The position numbers were made by a program, and so were the translations under genes. DNA of 64,000 nt, taken from assembly GCA_963850905.1 (NCBI GenBank), contig CAWKMU010000003.1:3520001-3584000 (forward strand), given 5' to 3'. Source of the DNA: an uncultured Gemmatimonadales bacterium (lineage in GTDB: Bacteria; Gemmatimonadota; Gemmatimonadetes; Gemmatimonadales; Gemmatimonadaceae). This document shows, one piece after another, positions 9,199 to 19,648 of the stretch (within the stretch, counting starts at the first letter, position 1; each line of letters starts with the position of its first letter). Under the pieces are notes generated by a model that ran no database searches, was not told where the DNA came from, and was given only the letters and a program-made list of their open reading frames with translations.

Positions 9199-11869
9199 GC
9201 GCGAAATGGCCACGAGTGAACGCGCCGTTGACCAGGGCGCGGATGCGGGCCAGGTCGGGAGTCCGGTCGGCGGCGAGCGCCGCCAGCGCTTCGGTATACC
9301 CGGCGACGAGATCGGCGACGGGGTCTCCCGGGACGTTGAACACAACGTGGAACATGCGCAACCCGGCTCGCCACAGCGCCGGAAGGAACTCGGAGCCCTC
9401 GATCGGCCGCGAGTGCAGCAACCGATTGCGACAGGCGCTGTCGGTCGCCACGGCGAAGTGGTAGCCCGCGGGGTCCGTCAACTCGACATGCGGATGCTTC
9501 TGGACGCAGAGGTCGCGACAGGTGGTTGGTTCGCGGTTGAACGCGGCCGACAACACGCAGTGCTCGATCGTCATGCCTTCCGGTCGCCCATACAGGAGCG
9601 CGGCGAGGCCACGGGCGCCGCCGACGCCACACGTGTCGGCAATTTCCCCGGTGGTAAGCTCGACCGACAGGACGAGCCGCTCCACGCCCGTGCCCAGCAC
9701 CGCCGCGGCGGTGTGAGGATTGAAGCAATTGATGGCGTAGTCGGCCGTGACCCGACGCCCCTCACGCGCGAGTGAGCGAGCGAGGCCGAAGTGCCCCGTC
9801 ACAATCGGCAGCCCCAGGTCCAACCATTTCCCGAGCGTGCGGTACTCGGTTGGCCGGACAATGGTCGGCAGCCGGAGCCAGACGGGGACGTCGTGATCCG
9901 CCAACTCCGCGGCGAGAGCCCGCAGCCGCGCTGCAGGGGGAGCGGGATGCCGCAAGAACGGGTCGACAATGATCTCCGTCGCGCCAGCGCCCGCAGCAAT
10001 GCGCGCATCCTCCATCGTGTACACGCTCGCCGCGAGCTCAAACGGTCGTGCAGAATTCGTCGGATGCGCACCGCGATCCGCCCCTCCGAGATCCGCGACC
10101 GCGGCCTCAATGCGGGCCCGCCGGTCCTCTGATCGCACGGCGCTCACCATCGATCGGCCAGTGAGCAGCGAAGACACCGCCTCTTGGCGAAGGTGATTCA
10201 GCTCGCTCACAGGTATGAACAACCCGGGCTTGAGCCCCCGGCAGTCGATCTCACCGAGGACGAACGGCGTGTCGCCGAGTCGCCCCAGCTGCGCGCGCAG
10301 CATCCGCTCATCGAGACCATGTCGGGCTGCCGGCTGCAGCGTCACGGTCGAGCGGACGGTCACGCCGTCCGCATCCCCATCCGCCGCTGTGAACACGGCT
10401 TTGAGAGGCGAGCCTGCGGTCCCAAAGAGGCGGACCGAGAGCGGCTCGGATGTGGCCTCGGACGTCACGCCCTCATAGCTCGCCCGGCTCGTAGCGAGTA
10501 GCTCGGCATCGGCATTGCGCAGTACCGTCGCGCCGACGGGCACCCGCTCGCGGACCACGATGCGCTGCCGGAACCCCGCTTTGGTCCGCTCCGTGCCGTG
10601 GACCGCCACGACGGTCCCGCCGTTCCGTCTACTCTCTACTTGCTGTGCGTCAACTCTCTCGGGCGCGGTAGGGGCGAGGCATGCCTCGCCCGCGTTCCCG
10701 CCCGCGGCCGCTAACCCCGGACCCCGCTTTTCCTCTAGCACTTCGAACGCCAGCCCGTCTCCCGCATGAATCTCATGCGAGACATGCACCACGGTCTCGG
10801 GACCCTCGACGGCGACGACGGTGCCGAGCAACGCGCCACGATTGTCGGGGCGGTCACGCGTGATGTAATCGCGCCCCAATCGCCCGCGCAGGAGCCCGGT
10901 GCTGAACCCGCGACTGTAGATCTGTACCAGTGGCTCGACCTCCTCTGGCGGCGGCACCGCTCGCTCCCCTCGCGCGAGTCGGTCGAGCCACTCGCGGTAG
11001 CTGTGGGTGACCGTCGCGACGTACTCTGCGCGCTTCTTGCGCCCCTCGACCTTGAGGCATACCACGCCAGCATCGGCGAGCGCGGCGAGGTCATCGTGCA
11101 AGGCGAGATCCTTCGCCGAAATGAGATAGCCGCCGTCGATGGTCTCGCCGCTCGTCGCGTCGCGCAACACGTAATCCTTGCGGCAGGACTGGGCGCACGC
11201 TCCGCGATTGGCGCTGCGCTCGGAGATGAGCCCGGACATGAAGCACTGGCCGGAGTAGGAGATGCAGAGGGCGCCGTGCACGAAGGCCTCGACGCCGACA
11301 CCGGGCACCGCGGCGTGAATGGCGCGCAGGTCGTCGATCGTGTTCTCCCGGGCCATCACGATACGCGAGACACCCAGGTCTCGGGCCGCTTCTGCGCCAG
11401 CGATGTCGTGCACCGTCATCTGCGTCGAGCCGTGGATCTCGAGCTGCGGGAACACTACCCGAATCAAGCGAATGAGTCCGAGGTCCTGCACGATCACGGC
11501 ATCGATGCCGCAAGTCACCGCCGTGGCCAAGAGCTCGAGCGCCGGTACGAGCTCCGCTGGCTTGACGAGCACATTCAGGGTGTAATAGATCCGCGCACCA
11601 TGCGTGTGCGCGATGGCACACGCGCTCTCGAGCTCATCAAGGGTGAGCTGGGCACCGTCATCCCGCGCGTTGAAGCCACCCGCCCCGAGATAGACCGCGT
11701 CCGCACCATTGGCCACGGCGGCGCGCACCGCATCGAGGGAACCCGCTGGGGCGAGCAGTTCGGGGACACGCCCATCGACAGCGCGCGCGCGACGCGACGC
11801 CGCAACTTGGGCTTGCGCACGAGGCCGCCCCCAACCGGTATGGGAGGGCGGCGAAGACGCCGACGACAT
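9188..11869 (-). CDS. Long peptidase U32 family protein (RlhA-like RNA hydroxylation enzyme with DUF3656-like region)
   Basis: PELLAPAG..GADAVYLG, HGSTQM, FVHGALCISYSGQC..SANRGACAQSCR, LKVEGRKK, RLGDTPF. Confidence 0.9.
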   Translation of the reverse strand: MSSASSPPSHTGWGRPRAQAQVAASRRARAVDGRVPELLAPAGSLDAVRAAVANGADAVYLGAGGFNARDDGAQLTLDELESACAIAHTHGARIYYTLNVLVKPAELVPALELLATAVTCGIDAVIVQDLGLIRLIRVVFPQLEIHGSTQMTVHDIAGAEAARDLGVSRIVMARENTIDDLRAIHAAVPGVGVEAFVHGALCISYSGQCFMSGLISERSANRGACAQSCRKDYVLRDATSGETIDGGYLISAKDLALHDDLAALADAGVVCLKVEGRKKRAEYVATVTHSYREWLDRLARGERAVPPPEEVEPLVQIYSRGFSTGLLRGRLGRDYITRDRPDNRGALLGTVVAVEGPETVVHVSHEIHAGDGLAFEVLEEKRGPGLAAAGGNAGEACLAPTAPERVDAQQVESRRNGGTVVAVHGTERTKAGFRQRIVVRERVPVGATVLRNADAELLATSRASYEGVTSEATSEPLSVRLFGTAGSPLKAVFTAADGDADGVTVRSTVTLQPAARHGLDERMLRAQLGRLGDTPFVLGEIDCRGLKPGLFIPVSELNHLRQEAVSSLLTGRSMVSAVRSEDRRARIEAAVADLGGADRGAHPTNSARPFELAASVYTMEDARIAAGAGATEIIVDPFLRHPAPPAARLRALAAELADHDVPVWLRLPTIVRPTEYRTLGKWLDLGLPIVTGHFGLARSLAREGRRVTADYAINCFNPHTAAAVLGTGVERLVLSVELTTGEIADTCGVGGARGLAALLYGRPEGMTIEHCVLSAAFNREPTTCRDLCVQKHPHVELTDPAGYHFAVATDSACRNRLLHSRPIEGSEFLPALWRAGLRMFHVVFNVPGDPVADLVAGYTEALAALAADRTPDLARIRALVNGAFTRGHFARAV
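10668..10691. repeat. GTAG-type REP palindrome inside the U32 coding sequence
   Basis: GTAGGGGCGAGGC-AT-GCCTCGCCC: same GTAG plus GGGCG...CGCCC architecture as the intergenic REPs. Confidence 0.7.
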
Positions 11870-11878
11870 CCCCGTAAG

Positions 11879-12040
11879 CTAACGCCGCCTGGTCCGATCG
11901 ACGAAGCGCAGCAGGAAGGCTACGCCAAGCAGCGCGATGCCAGTCCAGCGGAGCATCGGCGCGTCGGCTCGCGCACCGTAGGCGAATACCAGGATGCCGA
12001 CCAGGGCCACGGTGGCCCGAAGGGCAACCGTCCCGGTCAC
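11879..12040 (-). CDS. Small two-TM membrane protein (53 aa)
   Basis: GTGA overlap with the upstream gene; VALRATVALVGILVFAYGA..LRWTGIALLGVAFLLRF. Confidence 0.6.
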   Translation of the reverse strand: MTGTVALRATVALVGILVFAYGARADAPMLRWTGIALLGVAFLLRFVDRTRRR

Positions 12041-12396
12041 GGGCGAAACGCGGGTAGGTCCAGCCGCTCGACGACGTCGGCTGGCACATCCAGAACGAGC
12101 CGGAGGAGAGCTGTCGAGACCACCTTGCCCTGGGCATCGGTCTTGAGGGAGAGCGTCCCCCCGCCATCCAGGGCGCCGTGCAGCAAGAAGTTGAGCGCGC
12201 GGAGATTGGGGATCTCGAATCGCTCGACGCCGCCAGTGATCATGCCGGCGAAATGCGTGGCGACGCGCTCCCGGGTCACAAACCGCTCCAGCACTTCGTA
12301 CCACTCCGGACGACGTGCAATCACACCGACGTTGGCCGTATCGCCCTTGTCGCCCGAGCGGGCATGCGCAATGTCCAGCAACCGCACTCGACTCAT
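12037..12396 (-). CDS. Stand-alone AtuA C-terminal-like domain protein
   Basis: IAHARSGDKGDTANVGVIAR..VERFEIPNLRALNFLLHGALDGGG..DAQGK. Confidence 0.8.
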   Translation of the reverse strand: MSRVRLLDIAHARSGDKGDTANVGVIARRPEWYEVLERFVTRERVATHFAGMITGGVERFEIPNLRALNFLLHGALDGGGTLSLKTDAQGKVVSTALLRLVLDVPADVVERLDLPAFRP

Positions 12397-12421
12397 GAGA
12401 CGACGCTCCCGACAGAGATCG

Positions 12422-13786
12422 TCAGCACAGGTCCACCGCAGTCTGCACCACTCGCTTATCGATCAAAGCCGGCCAGTACGCGACGACTTCCTCGACCTTG
12501 GGTCGACCACCCGCGAACCCCGTCACGCTCGGCGGGCCGTTGAGTACCAACGGCGCGATCTCCCGCGTGAACCGCTCGATGTCGACGCGGTTCGCCCCGC
12601 GCACGCCGACCCGCAGCTGCACCTCTGCGATGTCCCGATTCGGACGTCCCGCAAGCGCCCCATGCGTGGCGTCCACGCCGACGAATTCGGTCAGGATCTT
12701 GTCGAAGCGAAGGCCGAGGCGATCGAGCCGCTCGCGGAGCACACGATCGGCCATTTGGGCCTTCTCGACCGCTTCGGGCCACGCGTAAACGAGCGTGCCT
12801 ACCGCCTTGAACCCGGCGCGGTACGCGATGGACACCTTGAGCTTGTCAGTCGGCGGCCGACCGGTGATGCCGTGGACGCGCACGCGATTGGGACCGTCCA
12901 CCGCGAGCTGAATCGAGGTGAAATCGGCAATGACGTCTGGCGTGATATACGAGCGCGGATCCCCCATCTCGTACACCAGCTGCTCGGTCACTGACTGGAC
13001 CGACACGATACCGCCGGTGCCTGGATGCTTCGTCACGACGAACGTGCCATCGCCGGTGGCCTCGATGATCGGGTAGCCCACGTCCCCGAGATCGGGAATC
13101 GTGCGCCAGTCATAGAGGCAGTTGCCCCCGGAGCATTGGGCGCCGCACTCGATGATGTGACCCGCCACAATGCCCGCCGCCAGCTGGTTGTACGCGTCCG
13201 CGCCCCACGCGAACTCATGTCGGAGCGGCGCCATCGTGAGCGCCGTGTCGGTCGATCGTCCCGTCACGACTACGTTGGCACCGCGCCCAAGCGCCTCGAC
13301 GATGGGCGTCGAGCCGATGTATGCGTTCGCGGACAGCACGCGGTCCCGCACCGTCGAAAGCGGCTCGCCCGTGTCCATGTTGGCGAGCGCGTGGCCGGAC
13401 GCGAGAAGCTCGTCCAGCCGCGGGAGTAAATCATCGCCAGTGACCACGCCGATCCGGAGCGCCGCATCCGCACCCCGACTCCGCGCAAGAGCTCGCACGG
13501 CGCGCGCGCACCCCTGCGGATTCACGCCGCCGGCGTTCGCCACGACCCGGACACCGCGCTCCGCGACCGCGCCGAGGATGCTGTCCATGGCACCGATGAA
13601 GTCGCGCGCGTATCCCAACGCCGGATCTCGTTCTTTCTGCTTCTGGAGGATCGACATCGTGACTTCGGCGAGGTAGTCCATCATCAGGTAATCGATGGGT
13701 CCTCCCTCGACCTGACGGCGCGGGGCTTCTAGCCAATCGCCCCAGAAGCCTTGTCCACTCGCGACGCGGACGACGCGTGCAGTCAT
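12422..13786 (-). CDS. Acyclic terpene utilization AtuA family protein (DUF1446)
   Basis: [75 protein letters not shown]. Confidence 0.9.
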   Translation of the reverse strand: MTARVVRVASGQGFWGDWLEAPRRQVEGGPIDYLMMDYLAEVTMSILQKQKERDPALGYARDFIGAMDSILGAVAERGVRVVANAGGVNPQGCARAVRALARSRGADAALRIGVVTGDDLLPRLDELLASGHALANMDTGEPLSTVRDRVLSANAYIGSTPIVEALGRGANVVVTGRSTDTALTMAPLRHEFAWGADAYNQLAAGIVAGHIIECGAQCSGGNCLYDWRTIPDLGDVGYPIIEATGDGTFVVTKHPGTGGIVSVQSVTEQLVYEMGDPRSYITPDVIADFTSIQLAVDGPNRVRVHGITGRPPTDKLKVSIAYRAGFKAVGTLVYAWPEAVEKAQMADRVLRERLDRLGLRFDKILTEFVGVDATHGALAGRPNRDIAEVQLRVGVRGANRVDIERFTREIAPLVLNGPPSVTGFAGGRPKVEEVVAYWPALIDKRVVQTAVDLC

Positions 13787-15510
13787 GATCCGGCGCCCGA
13801 GCCCGACACCCGCCCCGCATCACCTGTCAGTCCGCTCGGGAGCACGAACGCCCCGAGATGCGGGCCGGGATTGCACGCTGCCGTGCGGAGCGCCGTCGCC
13901 AGGACCTCTCGAGTCTCCTCCGGGTAGATGATCGCATCGACGAATCCCCGAGCGGCGGCGTAGCGCGCGTCGAGTTGCGTCTCATATTCGGCTCGCATGG
14001 CGTCGACGGCTGTCTCCACGTCTGCACTGACGGGCCGCTTGCCAGCGCGAGCCGCGGCGAGCGCGGGACCATGCACCGCCTGCACCGCTGACTCGCCCTC
14101 CATCACCCCCATGCGACCGGTGGGCCACGTGAAGATGAAGTCCGGATCGAACCCCTGGCCCGCCATGGCGTAATACCCTGCGCCGGACGCGTGATTGATC
14201 GTGAGCACGATCTTGGGCACTCGCGCGGTCGCCATCGCCTCGACCCAGTGCGCGCCCGCTCGGATGATGCCAGCCTGTTCGGCCTCGGGTCCGACCATGA
14301 AACCGGACACGTCCTGCACGAACACCAGCGGGATGCCTTGCCGATCACAGCGCTCGATGTAGTACGCGACTTTCTCAGCGCTCTCGGCGTAGATGATGCC
14401 GCCAAATCGCGGCTTCTCGCCCTGGAGTCCCTTGATCAGCCCGCGTTGGTTGGCAATTACACCGACAGTCATGCCGGCGATGGCACCGTCTCCGCAGATG
14501 ATCTCGCGCGCGCGATGCTCCTGAAACTCGTCGAGCGCACCCCCGTCGAGCACGACACGGAGCACGGCGTGCATGTCGTACGACATGCGGTGGTCCGCCG
14601 GGAGGAGGTCGTAGAGCGCCTCGCTGTCACTCGCGCTGCCTCTGCCGACCGACTCGAGTCGCGCCTCGGTTGGGGTGCGGGGGAGTCGCCCCACGAGGGC
14701 GCGCAGCTGGGCGAGACACGCCGGGTCGTCGTCGACCGCGTAGTGCGCCACGCCGCTGACCTCGGCGTGCATGGTCGCACCGCCGAGCGTTTCGGAGTCC
14801 ACGCTCTGGCCCGTGGCACCCTTCACGAGGTTGGGGCCGCCAAGGCCCATGAAGGAGGTGCCTTTCACCATCACGATCACATCGGACAGCGCTGGTAGGT
14901 ACGCCCCGCCGGCAATGCACTGCCCCATGACCGCGGCAAACTGCGGCACCCGCAGATATCGCCGCATGATGGAGTTGTAGTAGAAGATGCGCGCGGCGCC
15001 GTATTGCCCGGGAAACACCCCACCCTGATACGGGAGGTTCACGCCCGCCGAATCGACGAGGTAGACGATCGGCACGCGGCATCGCATGGCGATCTCCTGG
15101 GCGCGCAGAATCTTTCGAATGGTCTCGGGCCACCACGATCCGGCCTTGACGGTCGCGTCGTTGGCGACGACCACGACATCGCGGCCATGGATGAGACCAA
15201 GTCCAGTGACCACGCCGGCCGCTGGCGCCTGACCGTCGTATTGGTCGTACGCGACGAGCAACCCGATCTCGAGGAAGCGCGCGCCGGGATCACAGAGCTG
15301 AGTGATGCGCTCGCGCGCGGTGAGCTTGCCTTGCGCGTGCTGGCGTTCGATCCGCTCTGGGCCACCACCCTGTCGGAGACGCGCCTCCAACGCCCGGAGC
15401 TCGTCGCTCAACCGGCGCAACCGGCTTCCGCTCTCCGATGGCGCGCCGCCCGTGTGACGCGTGGCGCGGTGCCCATCCCCCGTCGCCGGGGCGCGGTGCC
15501 CAGCCGTCAC
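13783..15510 (-). CDS. Acyl-CoA carboxylase carboxyltransferase (beta) subunit, MCC-beta/AtuC-like
   Basis: [62 protein letters not shown]. Confidence 0.9.
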   Translation of the reverse strand: MTAGHRAPATGDGHRATRHTGGAPSESGSRLRRLSDELRALEARLRQGGGPERIERQHAQGKLTARERITQLCDPGARFLEIGLLVAYDQYDGQAPAAGVVTGLGLIHGRDVVVVANDATVKAGSWWPETIRKILRAQEIAMRCRVPIVYLVDSAGVNLPYQGGVFPGQYGAARIFYYNSIMRRYLRVPQFAAVMGQCIAGGAYLPALSDVIVMVKGTSFMGLGGPNLVKGATGQSVDSETLGGATMHAEVSGVAHYAVDDDPACLAQLRALVGRLPRTPTEARLESVGRGSASDSEALYDLLPADHRMSYDMHAVLRVVLDGGALDEFQEHRAREIICGDGAIAGMTVGVIANQRGLIKGLQGEKPRFGGIIYAESAEKVAYYIERCDRQGIPLVFVQDVSGFMVGPEAEQAGIIRAGAHWVEAMATARVPKIVLTINHASGAGYYAMAGQGFDPDFIFTWPTGRMGVMEGESAVQAVHGPALAAARAGKRPVSADVETAVDAMRAEYETQLDARYAAARGFVDAIIYPEETREVLATALRTAACNPGPHLGAFVLPSGLTGDAGRVSGSGAGS

Positions 15511-15926
15511 GCCTCCTGCCGCTGCCGTTGCGCGAACCACTCCTGGATGTAGTTCACGAGGTCCGATGTCGGTGTGCCGGGCCCGAAGAGCTTCCCCACC
15601 CCCTGGGCCTGGAGCGCATCCATGTCTTCCTGCGGGATGATGCCGCCCCCCGTCAACAACACGTCGTCACGCCCCTGGTCCCGCAGCAGCTGCAGCACCC
15701 GGGGGAAGAGCGTCATATGGGCGCCGCTCAGAATCGAGAGCCCCACGACGTCGGCATCCTCCTGCACCGCTGCCGTCGCGATCATCTCGGGGGTTTGGTG
15801 CAGGCCGGTGTAGATCACCTCCATGCCGGCATCGCGCAGTGCCGCCGCGACGACCTTTGCACCGCGATCATGGCCATCGAGCCCCGGCTTGGCGACGAGC
15901 ACGCGAATCGGACGCAAGTCAGTCAT
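15507..15926 (-). CDS. Cobalamin-binding small subunit of an acyl-CoA mutase (IcmB/MCM C-terminal-like)
   Basis: [12 protein letters not shown] (DxHxxG), SILSGAH, GGGIIP, FGPGT. Confidence 0.93.
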   Translation of the reverse strand: MTDLRPIRVLVAKPGLDGHDRGAKVVAAALRDAGMEVIYTGLHQTPEMIATAAVQEDADVVGLSILSGAHMTLFPRVLQLLRDQGRDDVLLTGGGIIPQEDMDALQAQGVGKLFGPGTPTSDLVNYIQEWFAQRQRQEA

Positions 15927-16024
15927 GGATACAGCGTGAGAGGATGACATCATACAGCCTATCATTTTACCCGAATCTCAGCACCCGGGGCAACGCCGCG
16001 CTGCCCAGTAATTCGCTGGCTCGT

Positions 16025-16060
16025 CGTTCCCAGACCCCAAACCCCAGACCCCAGACCCCT
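16025..16060. repeat. (RACCCCA)n heptamer tandem array, second copy
   Basis: cgttccca-gacccca-aacccca-gacccca-gacccct, immediately after a minus-strand stop codon. Confidence 0.8.
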
Positions 16061-16061
16061 G

Positions 16062-16832
16062 TTATTGACCCTTCCGCGCAACGAGCAGCATCTCGCCGGC
16101 GCGGCGCGTCAAGGGGCGGTCCGTCCACCCGGAAAACGCCTCCTCGACGATCAGGCCGACGTCGGCCATCAGCTCGGCCAGACGGCTCGCCGTGTACAAC
16201 CGCAAGCGATAAGACCGCTCGCCCACACCCGCAGGGCCACGCCACACCGTATCGACCGTCAGGACGCCGGACAATGGATCGAATCGGCGCCGGTGCCCGA
16301 TCAATGCGCCGTCCGACGTCGGCCACCAATCTCGTGACAGGAAGCGAGCCATCACCCCATCGCGATTGGCGCCGTGCCACACGAGCGTGCCACCGGGTAC
16401 GAGCACCCGCGCAAACTCCGCCAGCGTGCGCGCGTCATCCGCCGGGCGCATGAAGAATCCAAACGACGTCGCAACGTTGACGACCGCGTCGAACCGGCCT
16501 GTCCATTCTCGGGGCAGCGCGCGCATGTCACCTCGCCGATACCGGAGCGTTCGTCGCTCACGTGCCGGGATGGCGGATCGGGCGTGCCGCAGCAAATGCA
16601 TCGAGTAGTCCAGCCCGTCGACCTGGTAGCCGGCGTCCGCCATCAACGCGGCATGCCGGCCCTGCCCGCACGGGACGTCGAGGATGCGCGCGCCCACGGG
16701 CGCTTGCAGTACCTCGAGGATCCGGCCAACATCTCGGCGCGCAGCCCGCGCGCTGAGCATGGGTTCGTGTTCGATCAGGTAGTGAGCGTCGAAATACGAC
16801 GCCCACCACTCGGGCGAGGATCCGGATCTCAG
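16062..16832 (-). CDS. Class I SAM-dependent methyltransferase (start uncertain)
   Basis: ILDVPCGQGRH, GLDYS, GDMRALP, FDAVVN..SFGFF, RVLVPGG. Only the last ~255 aa of the 608-aa ORF are plausible. Confidence 0.85.
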   Translation of the reverse strand: MRSGSSPEWWASYFDAHYLIEHEPMLSARAARRDVGRILEVLQAPVGARILDVPCGQGRHAALMADAGYQVDGLDYSMHLLRHARSAIPARERRTLRYRRGDMRALPREWTGRFDAVVNVATSFGFFMRPADDARTLAEFARVLVPGGTLVWHGANRDGVMARFLSRDWWPTSDGALIGHRRRFDPLSGVLTVDTVWRGPAGVGERSYRLRLYTASRLAELMADVGLIVEEAFSGWTDRPLTRRAGEMLLVARKGQ

Positions 16833-18541
16833 AAGAACACGGGCTCGCGGTACGCCCCGAACACCGATTCCATCGCCGCCCGAATCTCGAAGAGGGTACA
16901 GTAAGCGCGCGCTGCCTCGAGAATCGCGGGGAACACGTTGCGCTCGGTTGCCGCCGTCTCGCGGAGCTGCACGAGCGCGGCCTCCGCCCGACGGCTGTCG
17001 CGCGTCGCGCGCAAGTGAGCCAATCGCTGGTGCTGCTGGACCGCGGCTTCTTCTCCGACCCTGAGCAGCGGGATCTGATCGGCGTCCTGTTCGTTCGTGA
17101 CGAACGCGTTCACCCCGACCGTGAGGCGGCGCTCCTGCTCTTGCTCCCACTGCTGCCGGAACGCGGCGTCGGAGATCTTCCGCTGGAACCAGCCGTTCTG
17201 CAGCGCCGTCACGACCCCGCCCTGACGCTCGATCTCCTCGAAGAGCGCCTCCGCGTCTCGCTCGAGCTGATCGGTCAGGGCTTCGACGTAGTAGGACCCG
17301 CCGAGCGGGTCGAGCACGTTGGCGACGCCCGTCTCGTACGCGAGGATCTGTTGCGTCCGGAGCGCCACCTGCACAGCCGCCTCGGTCGGCAACGCCAGCG
17401 TCTCGTCCATCGAGTTCGTGTGGAGCGACTGCGTGCCTCCGAGCACCGCAGCGAGAGCCTGGTAGGCGACGCGCGCGATGTTGTTCATCGGTTGCTGCGC
17501 CGTGAGCGTGACGCCAGCCGTCTGCGAGTGGAACCGCATCATCCACGAGCGTGGATCCTGCGCGCCATATCGCTCGCGCAGATGGCGCGCCCAGATGCGG
17601 CGCGCAGCGCGGAGCTTGGCGATCTCCTCGAAGAAATCGTTGTGGATGTCCCAGAAGAACGAGAGCTGCCCTGCAAACACATCGACCGGTAGCCCCCGCC
17701 CCACCCCACGCTCCACGTACGTGAAGCCGTTCGCGAGGGTGAATGCCAGTTCCTGCGCTGCCGTCGCTCCCGCCTCCCGGATGTGGTAGCCCGAGATCGA
17801 GATCGTATTCCACTTCGGCGCGTGCTCTGCCGCCCACGCAAACACGTCGACGATCAGGCGCAGGCCCGGCTCGACCGGGTAGATCCACGCGTGCTGCGCC
17901 ATGTACTCCTTCAGAATGTCGTTCTGGATCGTGCCCCGAAGCCGCTCAGACGGCACGCCCTGCTTCTCCGCAGCCGCGACATAGAACGCGAACAGGATGA
18001 TGGCCGGCCCATTGATCGTCATCGACGTCGACACTTCGCCGAGCGGGATGCCGTCGAAGAGGGTCTCCATGTCGGCGAGACTCGAGATCGCCACGCCACA
18101 CTTTCCGACCTCGCCCTCGGACCGCGGATGGTCCGAGTCGTAGCCCATGAGTGTCGGGAAATCGAAGGCCACCGAGAGACCCGTCTGGCCATGCGCCAGA
18201 AGGAACTTGTAGCGGGCGTTCGTGTCCTGGGCACCGCCGAAGCCAGCGAACTGGCGCATCGTCCACAACCGGCCCCGATAGCCGGTGGCGTGGATGCCGC
18301 GCGTATATGGGTAGCTCCCCGGGACACCGAGCGACTCGAGATCCGCCGCGCCATCGAGCGGGGTGTACAGCGGCTCGACCTCGCCGACCGAGTTGGCGAA
18401 TGCGATCGGCCGCAGCTCGCCCGCTGCATACCGCGCACGCCACATCTCGACCTCGGCGCGTAATCGCTCCAGCTCGTCCGAGCCCTCTGCGCCATTCGGG
18501 CCGGCGCCCACTGGCCCGCGAGCATCACGGATCGACGTCAT
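16829..18541 (-). CDS. B12-dependent acyl-CoA mutase large subunit with isobutyryl-CoA-mutase-type residues
   Basis: PYTRGIH..WTMRQFAGF, GLSVAFD, TSMTIN, GTIQNDILKEYMAQ, SISGYHIREAG, GGTQSLHTNS. Confidence 0.93.
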   Translation of the reverse strand: MTSIRDARGPVGAGPNGAEGSDELERLRAEVEMWRARYAAGELRPIAFANSVGEVEPLYTPLDGAADLESLGVPGSYPYTRGIHATGYRGRLWTMRQFAGFGGAQDTNARYKFLLAHGQTGLSVAFDFPTLMGYDSDHPRSEGEVGKCGVAISSLADMETLFDGIPLGEVSTSMTINGPAIILFAFYVAAAEKQGVPSERLRGTIQNDILKEYMAQHAWIYPVEPGLRLIVDVFAWAAEHAPKWNTISISGYHIREAGATAAQELAFTLANGFTYVERGVGRGLPVDVFAGQLSFFWDIHNDFFEEIAKLRAARRIWARHLRERYGAQDPRSWMMRFHSQTAGVTLTAQQPMNNIARVAYQALAAVLGGTQSLHTNSMDETLALPTEAAVQVALRTQQILAYETGVANVLDPLGGSYYVEALTDQLERDAEALFEEIERQGGVVTALQNGWFQRKISDAAFRQQWEQEQERRLTVGVNAFVTNEQDADQIPLLRVGEEAAVQQHQRLAHLRATRDSRRAEAALVQLRETAATERNVFPAILEAARAYCTLFEIRAAMESVFGAYREPVFF

Positions 18542-19643
18542 GTGGTCTCCCGGTCAGCAGCGCCGCGCTCCGTGTCAAGAGCGCGTCCGCCACATCGTAT
18601 GGTGTCGTGCGTCCCGATTCCAGCGCCGGCAGCTGTGCATCAAGCCAGGCCGCCGTAATCCGATCGGACCAGAGCCGGTCCCGAACCTTCTGGTGCACGA
18701 CGTCCTTTACGCGTTCACGCAACCGCGCACGCCGGCGGTCGGTCAGCAGACCCGTCGACGAAAGATACTCGTAATGGCGATCGAGCGCCGTCGCCAGATC
18801 GCCGATCCCTGTACCGGCCGTCGCGACCACCGTCAACACGGGCGGAATCCAGTGACCCGCGCCGTCGTCGCCCGCGGGGCTGCCCCGATCCTTGGCGTCG
18901 AGCGCGTGGGCCCGCGCGCTGGGCACCGGGGCCCCCGGCGCCGTCGCGCTCGCGCCAGCCGGCGCGGCTGCCCGCGCGCGCAGCCTGAGCATGATCTGCA
19001 CCTCGGTCCGCAACCGGTCTGCGCCGGGGCGATCCGCCTTGTTGATGACGAAGACATCGGCGATCTCCATGAGCCCGGCCTTGAGCGTCTGAATCGAGTC
19101 GCCTGACTCCGGCACGAGCACGACGACGCAGGTATCGACCGTCCGGGCGACATCGAGCTCGCTCTGACCAACCCCGACGGTCTCCACAATCAGACGGTCG
19201 AACCCAAACGCATCCAGCACGTCCGCGGCTTCGCGCGTCGCCGCCGACAGGCCGCCAAGCGCGCCACGCGTGGCCAGAGACCTGATGTAGACGCCCGGAT
19301 CGAGCGCCACGGACTCCATGCGGATCCGATCGCCCAGCAGCGCGCCACCGCTGAATGGCGACGTCGGATCGACCGCGATGACGCCGACGGTCAACCCCTG
19401 AGCACGATAACTCTGCACGAGTTGCGAGGTGAGCGTGCTCTTCCCCGCGCCCGGCGGCCCGGTGATGCCGATGCGCCGCGCGCGACCCGTTCGCTCGTGC
19501 AGCGCGCTGAGGACGTTGTCGAAGCCCGCACGATGGTTTTCGACGATGCTGATAACGCGCGCCAGCGCCGCTGGCTGCCGGGCCGCAAACGCTTCGAGCA
19601 GGCGCGCGGATGCGGCATCTCGACTGACCACGGGCGGTGTCAC
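18525..19643 (-). CDS. meaB: Mutase-associated GTPase chaperone MeaB
   Basis: GITGPPGAGKST, AVDPTSPFSGGALLGDRIRM, ETVGVGQSE, NKAD. Confidence 0.93.
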   Translation of the reverse strand: MTPPVVSRDAASARLLEAFAARQPAALARVISIVENHRAGFDNVLSALHERTGRARRIGITGPPGAGKSTLTSQLVQSYRAQGLTVGVIAVDPTSPFSGGALLGDRIRMESVALDPGVYIRSLATRGALGGLSAATREAADVLDAFGFDRLIVETVGVGQSELDVARTVDTCVVVLVPESGDSIQTLKAGLMEIADVFVINKADRPGADRLRTEVQIMLRLRARAAAPAGASATAPGAPVPSARAHALDAKDRGSPAGDDGAGHWIPPVLTVVATAGTGIGDLATALDRHYEYLSSTGLLTDRRRARLRERVKDVVHQKVRDRLWSDRITAAWLDAQLPALESGRTTPYDVADALLTRSAALLTGRPHDVDP

Positions 19644-19648
19644 GGCGC

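Noticed and set aside
10766..12994. 742-aa plus-strand ORF
   Set aside because: Antisense shadow of the U32/AtuA genes in high-GC DNA, with no recognisable motifs.
15927..16061. Cobalamin riboswitch near the B12 mutase genes
   Set aside because: No B12-box consensus seen; the gap holds only a heptamer array and a TAAAAT -10-like hexamer.
16062..17888. 608-aa ORF as a large methyltransferase or mutase fusion
   Set aside because: The first ~350 aa are an off-frame overlap of the mutase gene; only the C-terminal part is a methyltransferase.
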